From an uncultured Chloroflexia bacterium (GTDB taxonomy: Bacteria > Chloroflexota > Dehalococcoidia > DSTF01 > JALHUB01): 64,000 bases of DNA. A model generated the notes under the pieces. The model did no database searches. It had not been told where the DNA came from and saw only the letters and a list, made by a program, of their open reading frames with translations. This document shows, piece after piece, positions 22,116 through 32,104 of the stretch. The stretch lies in contig CAWJHZ010000019.1 in assembly GCA_963842845.1 (NCBI GenBank), positions 64,995 through 128,994 on the forward strand, given 5' to 3'. A program made the translations under genes and the position numbers. The number at the start of each line of letters is the position of its first letter. The first letter of the stretch is position 1.

Positions 22116-22877
22116 ATGAGCAAGCTTGGCGACAGGATACGCAAGACGATGCGCCCGGAAGCGGCGCCTATCGGTTTCCGTGCGGTGAGACCCGCGAAGA
22201 CGCCCCCGCTGCTGACAGCGCTGCTCCTCAACGATGCGGCGAAGGTGGCACAGGCGATCGCGGCAGGCGCCGGCGTCGCAATTCTGAAGGACGCGAACCC
22301 GGGCGACGTCGAAGCTGCGGTGAAGGCGGCGGACGAGACGCCGCTGGGCGTCTGGCCCCAGCGCATCGAGGCGGCGGACACGAAGGCGCTGATTGCGGCG
22401 TCAGTGGACTTCATCGTCTTCGAGGCGGAATCGACGCCGGCGACGGCGCTCCTGGAAGACAAGCTCGGCTACGTGCTGGCGCTGAAAGACGGCTCGGACG
22501 ACACCTATCTCCGCGTGCTGGAGTCCGTCGCGCTCGACGCTATCCTTTTGCCCGACTGGAAAGGTCCGCTCACTCTCAAGATGCAGCTCGACCTGCGTCG
22601 CATCGCCGCCCTGGCACGCAAACCACTGCTCCTGCCGGTGGATCTGCCGGTCGAAAGCGCCGACCTGGAATGCCTGCGCGACGCCGGTGTCTCGATCCTG
22701 CTGCTCGACGGAAGCGACAGGAAGACGTTGGAGGAGGTACCAGCGCTGATCAAGACCATCGAAGCGCTGCCCGGCCCACGACGGCAGCGCGAAACCACGC
22801 TGGAGGTTCTGCTGCCGCGGGCGGCGGAGATGGCTGCGGAGGAAGAGGGCGAAGAGGAAGAAGAGGACGACGAGTAG
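22116..22877 (+). CDS. hypothetical protein with a poly-acidic C-terminal tail
   Basis: 253-aa ORF with balanced composition, ending in AEEEGEEEEEDDE. It is preferred over the Arg/Gly-rich overlapping ORF 22046-23041. No family recognised. Confidence 0.5.
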   Translation: MSKLGDRIRKTMRPEAAPIGFRAVRPAKTPPLLTALLLNDAAKVAQAIAAGAGVAILKDANPGDVEAAVKAADETPLGVWPQRIEAADTKALIAASVDFIVFEAESTPATALLEDKLGYVLALKDGSDDTYLRVLESVALDAILLPDWKGPLTLKMQLDLRRIAALARKPLLLPVDLPVESADLECLRDAGVSILLLDGSDRKTLEEVPALIKTIEALPGPRRQRETTLEVLLPRAAEMAAEEEGEEEEEDDE

Positions 22878-23139
22878 TCGAATCCGAATCTGACGCGGGG
22901 CGGTCTAGTGAGGTTTGTCCTCTTCAGGCGGCGGAGGCTGGACCAGGCCGAGAGCGCGTCGTAAGAGGTAGGCGAGATAAGCCAGGAACGCCGCCGCAAC
23001 CGCGGCCGCCAGCGCCCACAACTGCAGGTGGCCGGCGGTGATAGCCGGCGGCAGAAGAACGGCCAACACCCGTCCATTCCCTTTCATCGCATCCAAGCTC
23101 CGCTTCACAGCTTCAGCCTCCGCCGATACGATCCTCACG

Positions 23140-24339
23140 TCATGCTTCCTCGCCGGCAACAACCGGCGCTTCCTGCGATGTTGCCTCCACCAGCGTCTGC
23201 ACGGCGACGGTCCGTCCATCGCGAAGGTAGAGCCGCGGCACGCGCGCCGTAATGCCCGTCAGCATTTCGTAGCTAATCGTGTCGCAAAGCTGGGCCACTT
23301 CCTCCGCCGCGATCTCTTCGTTGCGCTGACGGCCTATCAGCACCACCTCGTCGTCGATGGCGACGTAAGGAATGTCTGTGACATCGGCTACGCACATGTC
23401 CATAGCGATACGCCCCACTATCGGCGCGCGGCGCCCGCGAATCAGCACGCTGCCCTTGTTCGACAGCGCGCGCCGCAGCCCATCGCCGTAGCCGGCCATG
23501 ACGAGCGCGACGACGCTCGCTCGCGCCGCCGTCCAGGTGCAGCCATAGCCGGCGCTGGCGCCCACCTCGATGCGTCGCAGCCGGGCGACGCGGCTCTTCA
23601 GCGAGAGGACCGGACGCAGGGCAAGGTCGCGCGCCACCTCTGACGATGGGTAACAGCCGTAGATGCCGATGCCAACGCGCACCATGCCCAGCGAGAGCTC
23701 TGGCATGTCAAGGACCGTCGCCGTGTTGGCCACGTGGAGCAGGCGGATCCAGGGCAGCCGGCCTGCGACCTCGCTGAAGGCCCTGAACTGACGCAAAACG
23801 TAGCTCTTGTCCGTCTCGTCGCCGGTCGCGAAGTGGGTCCACAGCCCTTCGACGTCGAGGCCCGGTAAGTGCCGGATCGATTCCGCCAAGGGCAGAAGCT
23901 GCTCGGGCGGGAGGCCATAGCGATTCAGCCCTGTCTCGAGCTTGAGGTGCACGGGCAAAGTCACGCCGGCCGAAATCGCCGCTTCCGACAGCGCTTCGGC
24001 GAACGGGCGGTTCCCAACGCTGGGTGTAAGCGAGAGGCTGACGACCCGCTCGGCCTGAGCGGTCGGCGTGTGCCCCATGACCAGGATCGGAGCGTCGATG
24101 CCGGCGCGACGCAACTCTTCGCCTTCGTCGACGCAAACGACGCCCAGGCGGTCGGCGCCGACTGCCAGCACGGCCTTCGCCACCGGGACGGCCCCGTGGC
24201 CGTAGGCATTTGCCTTGACCACCGCCATCAGCAGCGCGCCGCCGGCCTGTCGCTTGAGCTGGCGGGCGTTGTGCTCCAGCGCGTCCAGGTCTATCTCGGC
24301 CCAGACCGGCCGTCCCTGCCAGGAAGATTCCTCTCCGAT
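23140..24339 (-). CDS. alr: alanine racemase
   Basis: It contains AVVKANAYGHG (the PLP lysine) and the remaining Alr pattern. The conserved N-terminal RPVWAEIDLDALEHNARQL lies upstream of the first ATG (24228). The proposed start is therefore ATC at 24337-24339 behind GGGAGG (see findings). The stop is at 23140. Confidence 0.88.
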   Translation of the reverse strand: MGEESSWQGRPVWAEIDLDALEHNARQLKRQAGGALLMAVVKANAYGHGAVPVAKAVLAVGADRLGVVCVDEGEELRRAGIDAPILVMGHTPTAQAERVVSLSLTPSVGNRPFAEALSEAAISAGVTLPVHLKLETGLNRYGLPPEQLLPLAESIRHLPGLDVEGLWTHFATGDETDKSYVLRQFRAFSEVAGRLPWIRLLHVANTATVLDMPELSLGMVRVGIGIYGCYPSSEVARDLALRPVLSLKSRVARLRRIEVGASAGYGCTWTAARASVVALVMAGYGDGLRRALSNKGSVLIRGRRAPIVGRIAMDMCVADVTDIPYVAIDDEVVLIGRQRNEEIAAEEVAQLCDTISYEMLTGITARVPRLYLRDGRTVAVQTLVEATSQEAPVVAGEEA

Positions 24340-24525
24340 GTCTCAACCTCCCTATCTGAATCGCGCTCCGTCGCGCACCGGGCCGTTAAGTCCCACACGC
24401 GCCCGTCGCATATCATCGTCACCGTCCGCGGCTTTGACGGCGCCGTCCGCGAATAGTACCATTGACCAAAACAGCCGTCAACGTGTCCCACAGCAGGCAG
24501 CTTCTGGCCCGGAAGGCCGCGCCGG

Positions 24526-26787
24526 ATGATCAAGGCTATCATACCAGAGAATCGATCCCCTGTTCACCGTCTATCTCTGTCGACGCTGCTACTCGTCGCC
24601 ACAGCCCTCATCTGCGGCGGCTGCGGCATCGTCGGAAGCTCCGCTTCGACGCCCGCAGCCAAGGACGATTCGCCCGCCACGGCGACGCCCGCACCCGCCA
24701 ACCTGGGTCTTGCTCAGAGCTACGAGCGCAACGGTCAATACGACGAGGCGATAGCGGCGTACGAGGACGTGCTCACCAACGGGACTGACGCCGACCGGCA
24801 GACGGCGCGGCTCGCGCTGGCCCGCCGCTATCTTGCCAAGAACGATTACCAGGCGGCTCAGGAGCAGGTGCTGGCCTATCAGAGCGCCGGCGGCCAGGGC
24901 GGTGACGCGGAGTTCTTGCTGGCGGAGGCCCTCGTCGGGCTAGGACAGACCGAGCAGGCCCTCGCCGCCTACGGCAGCTACGTTGACCAGGGGGGTGTCG
25001 CCTCCGCCAACGCCGAGTCAGAGATGGCGGACCTCCTGGTCAAGCTGAACCGCTTCGATGAAGCCCAACGGGACGAGGAAGCCGCCCTCAAGGTGCTGCC
25101 GGCCAGCCTCCGGCCGGGCATACTCCTCGCCATGGCGCAGGAGCTCGAAGCGGCGGGCGCGACCGGCGCGGCGCTCAACTGGTACGCGCGGCTGGGCAAA
25201 GAGAGCGACTCGTCGTCCGACCAGGCGTTGGCGCTAGAGCGAACCGGTGTGCTGGAGCAGCAACTCGGCGAAAGCGGCTGGCAGGCGGACCTGCAGCAGG
25301 TCGTAACGCAGTACTCAAGCACCGACGCCGCATCCGACGCCCTGACCGAGCTCCAGCAGGCCGGCGTTCCAGTCGACCCCTACGCCGAGGCGCTGGTCCA
25401 TTACCGCCACTTCGAGAACGACGCGGCGATGCAATTGTTCCAGAGTTACCTTTCCGCCCAACCGACGGGCTCGCGGGCGGCCGCCGCTCACTACTACACA
25501 GCCGCCCTCGACGAGCGGCTGGGCAACCCAGACGCCGCGCTGGACGAATACGCGAAATCACTCGATCTCGACCCAACCGGCGATCTGGCAGACGACGCCC
25601 TCTGGTGGAGCGGCCTCATCCTGGAGAAACAGTCGCGCTGGGACGAGGCGGACCAGGACTACAGCCGCATCCTGGCTATGACTCCCCCGTCGACATGGGC
25701 GGACGACGCCGCATTCCGCCATGGGCTGGTCCTCTACGAGCAGAAGCGCTACGCGGACGCCGCCACCGCCTGGAGCGACTTCGCCTCCGCAACGTCAGAC
25801 GCGGAAACAGCATCGCATGCCCTCTACTGGGCCGCGAAGGCGGAGCAGGCCGCCGGCGACGCGGCTGGCGCCCGAACGCACCTCGCACAGCTCGTCCAGA
25901 ACTACCCTCTCGACTACTACGGCCTCCGAGCGGCCCAACTCCTCTCCAGCGATAAGAAGGCGACCCCAGTGCCCGCCGTCGCTGAAGCGGCCACCGACGC
26001 CACTTCCTGGCTAGCGTCGATAAGCGGCAAGGCGCCGGTCCCGCTCTGGAAGGTCTGGCTCGATCCGCGCTGGGCGGAATCGCAGGAGCTTAGCACCGTC
26101 GGGTTTCCCCGCTCGGCGGCGGCGGAGTTGCGCGACATGATGTGGGCGAACGCCGGCGATCCGATGACGCTCTGGGCGCTCGCGCAGGCTTACGACCGTC
26201 TGGGCTCCACGGAGATGTCGTCGCGAAGCGCGCAGCTTGTCCTGGAGTCGCTGTCGCCGGATGAGCAGGCCGTCGCGCCGAAGGATCTGCTGAGACTAGC
26301 CTATCCGCGCGACTACATGCCGCTGCTTCAGGACGCGCAGCAGGCGGAGGCTGTGTCGCCGGACGTGATGCTGGCGCTGATCCGTCAGGAAAGCTTTTTC
26401 GACCCGCTGGCCGGCTCAGGCGCGGGCGCTACCGGCCTCACGCAGGTCATTCCATCGACGGGACAAGAGATCGCCACTGACATGGGGATGAGCGACTTCG
26501 CCGGCGATGACCTTCTGCGGCCCGTCGTGAGCATCAGCTTCGGCGCCCACTACCTTCAGCAGCAGCTCGCCGACTTCAACGGCAACCTCTATTTCGCGCT
26601 GGCCGCCTATAACGCCGGCCCCGGCGCGGCGCAAGGCTGGGCCGATGCCGCCGGCGGCGACGTGGACCTCTTCCTCGAGCAGGTGGACGTCGGCGAGGCG
26701 AATCTGTACGTGCGGCTGGTCATGCAGAACCTGGCCGTCTACCGCTATCTCTACGAAGGGGCGCCGCGGCCCTCCCTGCCTCGCTGA
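24526..26787 (+). CDS. lytic transglycosylase (SLT domain) with TPR-like N-terminal superhelix; probable lipoprotein
   Basis: 753-aa ORF with a lipobox-like signal (LLLVATALICGGCG), Ala/Leu-rich TPR-like repeats, and a C-terminal SLT domain (IRQESFFDP...TGLTQVIPSTG...AYNAGPGA). Confidence 0.85.
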   Translation: MIKAIIPENRSPVHRLSLSTLLLVATALICGGCGIVGSSASTPAAKDDSPATATPAPANLGLAQSYERNGQYDEAIAAYEDVLTNGTDADRQTARLALARRYLAKNDYQAAQEQVLAYQSAGGQGGDAEFLLAEALVGLGQTEQALAAYGSYVDQGGVASANAESEMADLLVKLNRFDEAQRDEEAALKVLPASLRPGILLAMAQELEAAGATGAALNWYARLGKESDSSSDQALALERTGVLEQQLGESGWQADLQQVVTQYSSTDAASDALTELQQAGVPVDPYAEALVHYRHFENDAAMQLFQSYLSAQPTGSRAAAAHYYTAALDERLGNPDAALDEYAKSLDLDPTGDLADDALWWSGLILEKQSRWDEADQDYSRILAMTPPSTWADDAAFRHGLVLYEQKRYADAATAWSDFASATSDAETASHALYWAAKAEQAAGDAAGARTHLAQLVQNYPLDYYGLRAAQLLSSDKKATPVPAVAEAATDATSWLASISGKAPVPLWKVWLDPRWAESQELSTVGFPRSAAAELRDMMWANAGDPMTLWALAQAYDRLGSTEMSSRSAQLVLESLSPDEQAVAPKDLLRLAYPRDYMPLLQDAQQAEAVSPDVMLALIRQESFFDPLAGSGAGATGLTQVIPSTGQEIATDMGMSDFAGDDLLRPVVSISFGAHYLQQQLADFNGNLYFALAAYNAGPGAAQGWADAAGGDVDLFLEQVDVGEANLYVRLVMQNLAVYRYLYEGAPRPSLPR

Positions 26788-26817
26788 GCGGCAGCCTTCG
26801 CCGTCCTTCCGCGACGA

Positions 26818-26846
26818 TTGACACCCCCAAGCCGCTAATCTATCAT
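26818..26846 (+). promoter_or_regulatory. sigma-70-like promoter candidate (TTGACA-17-TATCAT) for rpmH operon
   Basis: TTGACA at 26818-26823, a 17-nt spacer and TATCAT at 26841-26846, about 30 nt upstream of the rpmH start. Confidence 0.5.
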
Positions 26847-26878
26847 TGTGTTCGGAAGCACAACTGGAAGGAAGTGAA

Positions 26879-27016
26879 GTGCCTAAACGCACCTACCAGC
26901 CGAAACGTATTCCGCGGAAACGAGTCCACGGATTTCTTGCCCGCATGAGCACCCGCGGCGGACGCCTCGTGCTACGCGCACGCCGCGCCAAGGGCCGCTA
27001 CCGGCTGACGGTCTAG
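26879..27016 (+). CDS. rpmH: 50S ribosomal protein L34
   Basis: Not in the ORF track because it is under 60 aa. GTG at 26879 gives [45 protein letters not shown], then TAG at 27014-27016. This is the canonical L34 sequence, and rnpA follows. Confidence 0.92.
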   Translation: MPKRTYQPKRIPRKRVHGFLARMSTRGGRLVLRARRAKGRYRLTV

Positions 27017-27045
27017 AGCGCGGCCCGGGCCTTGGCCGGGGCCAG

Positions 27046-27417
27046 ATGCGAAGGGAACAGCGTCTCAGGAAGAGCAGCGATTTCGCCACTGCCTATCGAG
27101 AAGGACAGTCTTTCTCCGGCAGGCTGTTGGCGATACGGCCGCGGGCCAACGGTCTGCCCCACAATCGCTATGGCTTCGTAACAGCGCGCGCCGTCGGCAA
27201 GGCGGTGGTACGGAACAGGGTGCGACGCCGTCTGCGTGAAGCGGCGCGCTCGCTGCCGCTGGCGAACGGCTGGGATGTTGTGATGATCGCCCGCAGGTCG
27301 GCGGCGGAGGCGACGTACTGGGAGTTGCGGCTGTCGCTGGCGTCACTGCTGGAGCGGGCGGGCATCTTGCCCAGGTCAGCACTGAACGAGGTGCGAAAAG
27401 GGACCGTCGAAGGATGA
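27046..27417 (+). CDS. rnpA: ribonuclease P protein component
   Basis: 123-aa basic ORF with RLRKSSDF...[23 protein letters not shown] in the conserved position after rpmH. Confidence 0.9.
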   Translation: MRREQRLRKSSDFATAYREGQSFSGRLLAIRPRANGLPHNRYGFVTARAVGKAVVRNRVRRRLREAARSLPLANGWDVVMIARRSAAEATYWELRLSLASLLERAGILPRSALNEVRKGTVEG

Positions 27418-27626
27418 AGAGATTGACGCTGGGCGCAATCAGGGTTTATCAGCGATGGCTTTCGCCTCACCGGCCGGCATCCTGCCGCTTCCTGCCGACG
27501 TGCTCGGAATACGGTTATGAGGCGATAGCCCGTCACGGCCTGCTGAAAGGCGGCTGGCTGACGGTCCGTCGTCTGGGTCGCTGCCATCCCTTCCAAAAGG
27601 GCGGCTACGACCCCGTGCCGCAGTAA
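27414..27626 (+). CDS. yidD: membrane protein insertion efficiency factor YidD
   Basis: 70-aa ORF with [10 protein letters not shown]...[37 protein letters not shown]. Its start overlaps the rnpA stop. Confidence 0.9.
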   Translation: MKRLTLGAIRVYQRWLSPHRPASCRFLPTCSEYGYEAIARHGLLKGGWLTVRRLGRCHPFQKGGYDPVPQ

Positions 27627-27630
27627 GCGC

Positions 27631-27646
27631 TGTTTCACGTGAAACA
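27631..27646. promoter_or_regulatory. parS centromere-like site
   Basis: Perfect 16-bp palindrome TGTTTCACGTGAAACA, identical to the widely conserved ParB-binding consensus. It sits in the yidD-PQQ intergenic spacer about 3.7 kb upstream of parA-parB. Confidence 0.8.
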
Positions 27647-27702
27647 ACGTCCCGCCGCTGAACGGGACTTACCGGAGGAGTGAGATTCACACATCGCGTA
27701 GC

Positions 27703-28773
27703 GTGAGGGCCCTGACGCTGGCCCTTCTTTTCCTGCCCCTTGTCCTCGTTACGACGGCTTGCTCGCGCATAACCAACCCGCAGGGCTGGGCGAGCCCGCT
27801 CATTACCAACGGAACGCTTCTCGCGGAACCCAACCATCAAACGCTGGCCTCCGCCGACCTGAGCACTGGGACCAGGAACTGGACGTTTCCCGGGAACAAC
27901 TCGAAGGTGGCGCTGAAGGCGATCTACGGCACGCCCGCGATATCGCAGGGACTGGCGCTGCTCGGCGGCTACGACGGCAATCTCTACGCGCTGAACCTGA
28001 CCGACGGCAGCCAGAAGTGGTCGCAGCCGGCAGGAGCCCACATCGTCGGCGGGCTGGCGACGAGCGACGACACTGTCTATGTCGGTTCCGCCGACCAGTG
28101 CCTCCATGCATTCGCCGTCGCCACCGGAGACCAGCGCTTCAGCCCGTTCTGCACCGGCGCCAAGATCTGGTCTACGCCGACATTCGACGGCAGCACAGTC
28201 TACGTAGCTTCGATGGACAAGAAGCTGTACGCCATTGGCGCCACCAGCGGCACGGCGGTGTGGCCGAAGCCATTCCAAACGGGCGGTGCCATCGCCTCCA
28301 CGCCGGTGGTGGACAGCGGCACGGTCTACGTGGGCGCCTTCGACGACAAATTCTACGCCGTCGACGCTTCGAACGGCGAGATGCGCTGGTCGTTCAAGGC
28401 GGACGACTGGATCTGGAACCGGGCGGTCGTGAGCGGCGGCGCGGTCTATTTCGGCTCGCTCGGCGGCAAAGTGTACAGCCTTGACGCTTCGACGGGGCAG
28501 TCGCGCTGGGACAAGCCGTTCCAGGGCAGCGGCGTCGTGCGCGGCGGACCGGCGCTGGTAGGCTCGACGCTCGTGGTCGCCACCGACAACGGCTCAGTCT
28601 ACGGGCTGGACGCGTCGAGCGGTAGCCAGATCTGGTCTTCGAAAGCGAACGCGGGCGTCCTGTCGGACCTCACAGTCGACAGCGGTATGGTTTACTACAG
28701 CACAAAGAGCGGCAACGTCCAGGAGGTCGACCCGGCGACCGGGACGATAACGGACGTGCCGATTTCGAGTTAA
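27703..28773 (+). CDS. PQQ-like beta-propeller repeat lipoprotein (BamB-like fold)
   Basis: 356-aa ORF with a lipoprotein signal (LLFLPLVLVTTAC). It has repeated motifs of the type G.VY.GS.D..LYA.D...G...W across about 8 blades. Confidence 0.8.
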   Translation: MRALTLALLFLPLVLVTTACSRITNPQGWASPLITNGTLLAEPNHQTLASADLSTGTRNWTFPGNNSKVALKAIYGTPAISQGLALLGGYDGNLYALNLTDGSQKWSQPAGAHIVGGLATSDDTVYVGSADQCLHAFAVATGDQRFSPFCTGAKIWSTPTFDGSTVYVASMDKKLYAIGATSGTAVWPKPFQTGGAIASTPVVDSGTVYVGAFDDKFYAVDASNGEMRWSFKADDWIWNRAVVSGGAVYFGSLGGKVYSLDASTGQSRWDKPFQGSGVVRGGPALVGSTLVVATDNGSVYGLDASSGSQIWSSKANAGVLSDLTVDSGMVYYSTKSGNVQEVDPATGTITDVPISS

Positions 28774-28788
28774 GAGCAGGTCCAAGCA

Positions 28789-29688
28789 GTGCAAATCATC
28801 GGCCTAATCTGGAATACGGTGCTCGTCAATCCGATGGCGAACGCCCTCGTGCTGCTGAACAACGTCTTCTTCGGTAGCTTTGGCCTGTCCATCATCGTCC
28901 TCACGGTGTTCATGCGCGGCATAACCTTCCCGCTGACGCTGCGGCAGCTTCGCTCGTCGCGGGCCCTTTCCGCGATGCAGGGACGCCTGGCGGAGATACA
29001 GAAGAAGTACAAGGACCCCAAGCGTCGCTCCGAAGAGACGATGAAGATCTATCGGGAAGCGGGCGTCAATCCGCTCGGCTGCCTGCTGCCGATGGTCGCC
29101 CAGATACCGATCTGGATCGCCCTCTACCAGGTTATCCGCCTGACGGTCGGCGACGTGCCGGAGAGCACGATTAACCTTTCGCATCACCTGTACCCCTGGT
29201 CTTTCATCCAGAAGGCCGTGCCCCTGAGCGACCACTTCTTCGGCCTGAGCCTGGGCGCGCCTAACCTGTTCTTGGCACTGACCGTCGGCGCAAGCATGTT
29301 CGTCCAGCAGAAGATGACCTCGCCGCCGGCGCTGGACGAGAAGTCGGCGTCGATGAACAGCACGATGCTCTGGATGATGCCGCTGATGTTCACCTATTTC
29401 GCGATTTCATTCCCCAGCGGGCTTGCCCTATACTGGGTCGTATCGAGCGTCGTCAGCATCGTGCTTCAGTACATCTTCGTGGGCTCCGGCGGCCTCACGT
29501 GGAAGACTCTGTTCTCGCTCCAGCCGGTCCCGGCGAAGACGGCCGTCACAAGGTCGCCGGCGCCGACAGTGATAGAGGAAGACGAACCGGACGAGACGGA
29601 CGAAGAGGACGAAGCGGCGGAAGCGGTTACGGACGAACGCCGTTACAGGAAGAGGTCCCGTCGTGGAAAGCGTAGACGCAAGCGGTAA
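28789..29688 (+). CDS. yidC: membrane protein insertase YidC (short, Gram-positive-like type)
   Basis: 299-aa ORF with multiple TM segments, the conserved PLT..Q and NPLGGCLP-like motif (VNPLGCLLPMVAQIPIWIALY), and a basic C-terminal tail. Confidence 0.9.
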   Translation: MQIIGLIWNTVLVNPMANALVLLNNVFFGSFGLSIIVLTVFMRGITFPLTLRQLRSSRALSAMQGRLAEIQKKYKDPKRRSEETMKIYREAGVNPLGCLLPMVAQIPIWIALYQVIRLTVGDVPESTINLSHHLYPWSFIQKAVPLSDHFFGLSLGAPNLFLALTVGASMFVQQKMTSPPALDEKSASMNSTMLWMMPLMFTYFAISFPSGLALYWVVSSVVSIVLQYIFVGSGGLTWKTLFSLQPVPAKTAVTRSPAPTVIEEDEPDETDEEDEAAEAVTDERRYRKRSRRGKRRRKR

Positions 29689-30442
29689 GACAGTCGAAGA
29701 GGCCATTGAGAAGGCGCTGGCAGAGATCGGTCTCGAGCGGACGCAGGTGGAGGTGGAGGTGGTCAAGGAAGGGCGGGCCGGCATCCTGGGCATCGGCGGC
29801 GAAGACGCGCGCGTCGTCGTGCGGGCGAAGTCGGAAGCAGCGTCTGTCGACGAGCGGCCACGACTGGAACAGGTCGACGACCGCGCTAGCCGCGAGGGCG
29901 GGCGCCTCGCCGCACGGGCGAGGTCAGAGACGCCGCCTGTCGACGAGCGGCCGCGACTGGAAGAGACCGAAGAGGATATCGCGCTGGCCGTCGAGGTGCT
30001 GGAGAAGCTCCTCGAGCTGATGAGTGTCGACGCCACAGTGCGGGTACGCCAGCCGGAAACGCTCGGCGACGGCGCCGCCATCGTCAAGACGGTGCTGGAC
30101 ATCAGCGGCGACGACCTGGGCATCCTGATTGGCCGTCGCGGCGACACGCTCAGCTCGCTTCAATACCTCGTCAACCTGATCGTCGGGCGCAAGCTTAAGG
30201 CCAAAGCGTCGTTTGGCGTCGACGTCGCGGGCTACCGGCGACGGCGGGAGCAGTCCCTGAAGAGCCTGGCGGAGCACATGGCGGAACGCGTCCGGGCGAC
30301 GCACCAGGTAATGACGCTGGAGCCGATGCCGCCGAACGAACGTCGTATCGTCCACCTGGCGCTCGCGCAGGACGAGACGGTGATAACGGAGAGCATCGGC
30401 GAGGGCGAGAACCGAAAGGTCATCATTCGCCCCAGCCGCTAG
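29663..30442 (+). CDS. jag: Jag/KhpB RNA-binding protein (Jag_N + KH + R3H)
   Basis: 259-aa ORF with a Jag_N start (GKTVEEAIEKALAEIGL), a KH-like region (IGRRGDTLSSLQYLVN) and an R3H motif (MPPNERRIVHLAL). The linker contains the duplicated peptide VDERPRLE. Confidence 0.88.
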   Translation: MESVDASGKTVEEAIEKALAEIGLERTQVEVEVVKEGRAGILGIGGEDARVVVRAKSEAASVDERPRLEQVDDRASREGGRLAARARSETPPVDERPRLEETEEDIALAVEVLEKLLELMSVDATVRVRQPETLGDGAAIVKTVLDISGDDLGILIGRRGDTLSSLQYLVNLIVGRKLKAKASFGVDVAGYRRRREQSLKSLAEHMAERVRATHQVMTLEPMPPNERRIVHLALAQDETVITESIGEGENRKVIIRPSR

Positions 30443-30477
30443 CCTTTCAGTCCCTTTCTCTTGCATACCCTCCAGGC

Positions 30478-31325
30478 GTGGCGATGAGCATCCCCGACTT
30501 CCTCGTTGTCGGCCACGTGGCGAAGGACCTGGACGCGAGCGGCTGGCGGCTCGGCGGTACAGTCGCCTATGCTGCAACGCAGGCCTGCCGACTGGGGCTG
30601 ACCGCGGCCATCGTCACGCGCGCTTCCGACGACATCGGCTTGACTCACTTGCTTCCCGGCATTCGAGTCCACTGCATTCCCTCGGAAACGACGACAACCT
30701 TCGAGAACCGCTATGACGCAGGCCGGCGCGTTCAGCGCGTCTGGGCGCAGGCGCCGTCGATCCGTCCGGAGGACGTGCCCCAAGAGCTCCGCGGCGCTAG
30801 AATCGTCTTGCTGGGGCCGCTGCTCAGCGAAGTGACGCCTGATATGGCGGGCCTGTTCATCGGCAGCCTCGTCGGCTGCTGCCTCCAGGGCTGGCTGCGC
30901 CACGTCGGCAGCGACGGGCTCGTCCGAAAACGGGCGTGGCCGGACGGCGCGTCGCTGCGGGGAGTCAACGTCGCCTTCGTCTCAGAAGACGACATGGAAG
31001 ACGACGAGCCGGCGTTGGAGCGCTGGCGGCGGGAGGCGGAGATCGTGGTCATAACGTGCGGCAGAGGCGGCGCAACTGTGTGGACGGAAGGCAAGCCGCG
31101 TCGGATCGCCGCATTCCCGCACGCGGAAATCGACCCGACGGGCGCCGGCGACGTGTTTGCTGCGGCGTTTCTGGTCGCCTTCGACGAGACGCGCGACGTC
31201 GCGGCCGCCGCCAGGTTCGCCGATGCCGCCGCTGGCCTCAGCGTCCAGCGCACCAGCACATCGAAGGCGCCGACGCGGGATCAGGTAGAGCGAGTGCTCG
31301 CGGAGCACCGGGAGATCGTTCTGGC

Positions 31326-31329
<4 letters not shown>
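30478..31329 (+). CDS. PfkB-family carbohydrate kinase
   Basis: 283-aa ORF. FLVVGHVAKD...GGTVAYAA and the C-terminal DPTGAGDVFAAAF motif are typical of the ribokinase/PfkB family. Confidence 0.8.
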
Positions 31330-32087
<758 letters not shown>

Positions 32088-32104
32088 GGCTAAGGAGAAA
32101 GCCG

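Noticed and set aside
22046-23041. 331-aa plus-strand ORF overlapping the 22116-22877 ORF in another frame.
   Set aside because: It has an extreme Arg/Gly/Ala bias and no motifs. The 253-aa frame has normal protein composition.
22905-23087. Possible 60-aa small membrane protein (MKGNGRVLAVLLPP...LQLWALAAAVAAAFLAYLAYLLRR...) downstream of alr on the minus strand.
   Set aside because: There is only one hydrophobic stretch, a weak ribosome-binding site, and no homology that I can recognise. The evidence is too thin to call a gene.
29844-29972. 26-nt direct repeat (CTGTCGACGAGCGGCC[A/G]CGACTGGAA) at 29844-29869 and 29947-29972.
   Set aside because: It is an in-frame duplication inside the Jag linker, encoding the repeated peptide VDERPRLE. 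It is not a CRISPR or regulatory repeat.
30936-31325. N-terminal 130-aa extension of the ParA ORF in the track (383 aa).
   Set aside because: The extension is Arg/Gly-rich junk overlapping the PfkB kinase gene. ParA homology begins at the GTG at 31326 (VIIAIANQKGGVGKTT).
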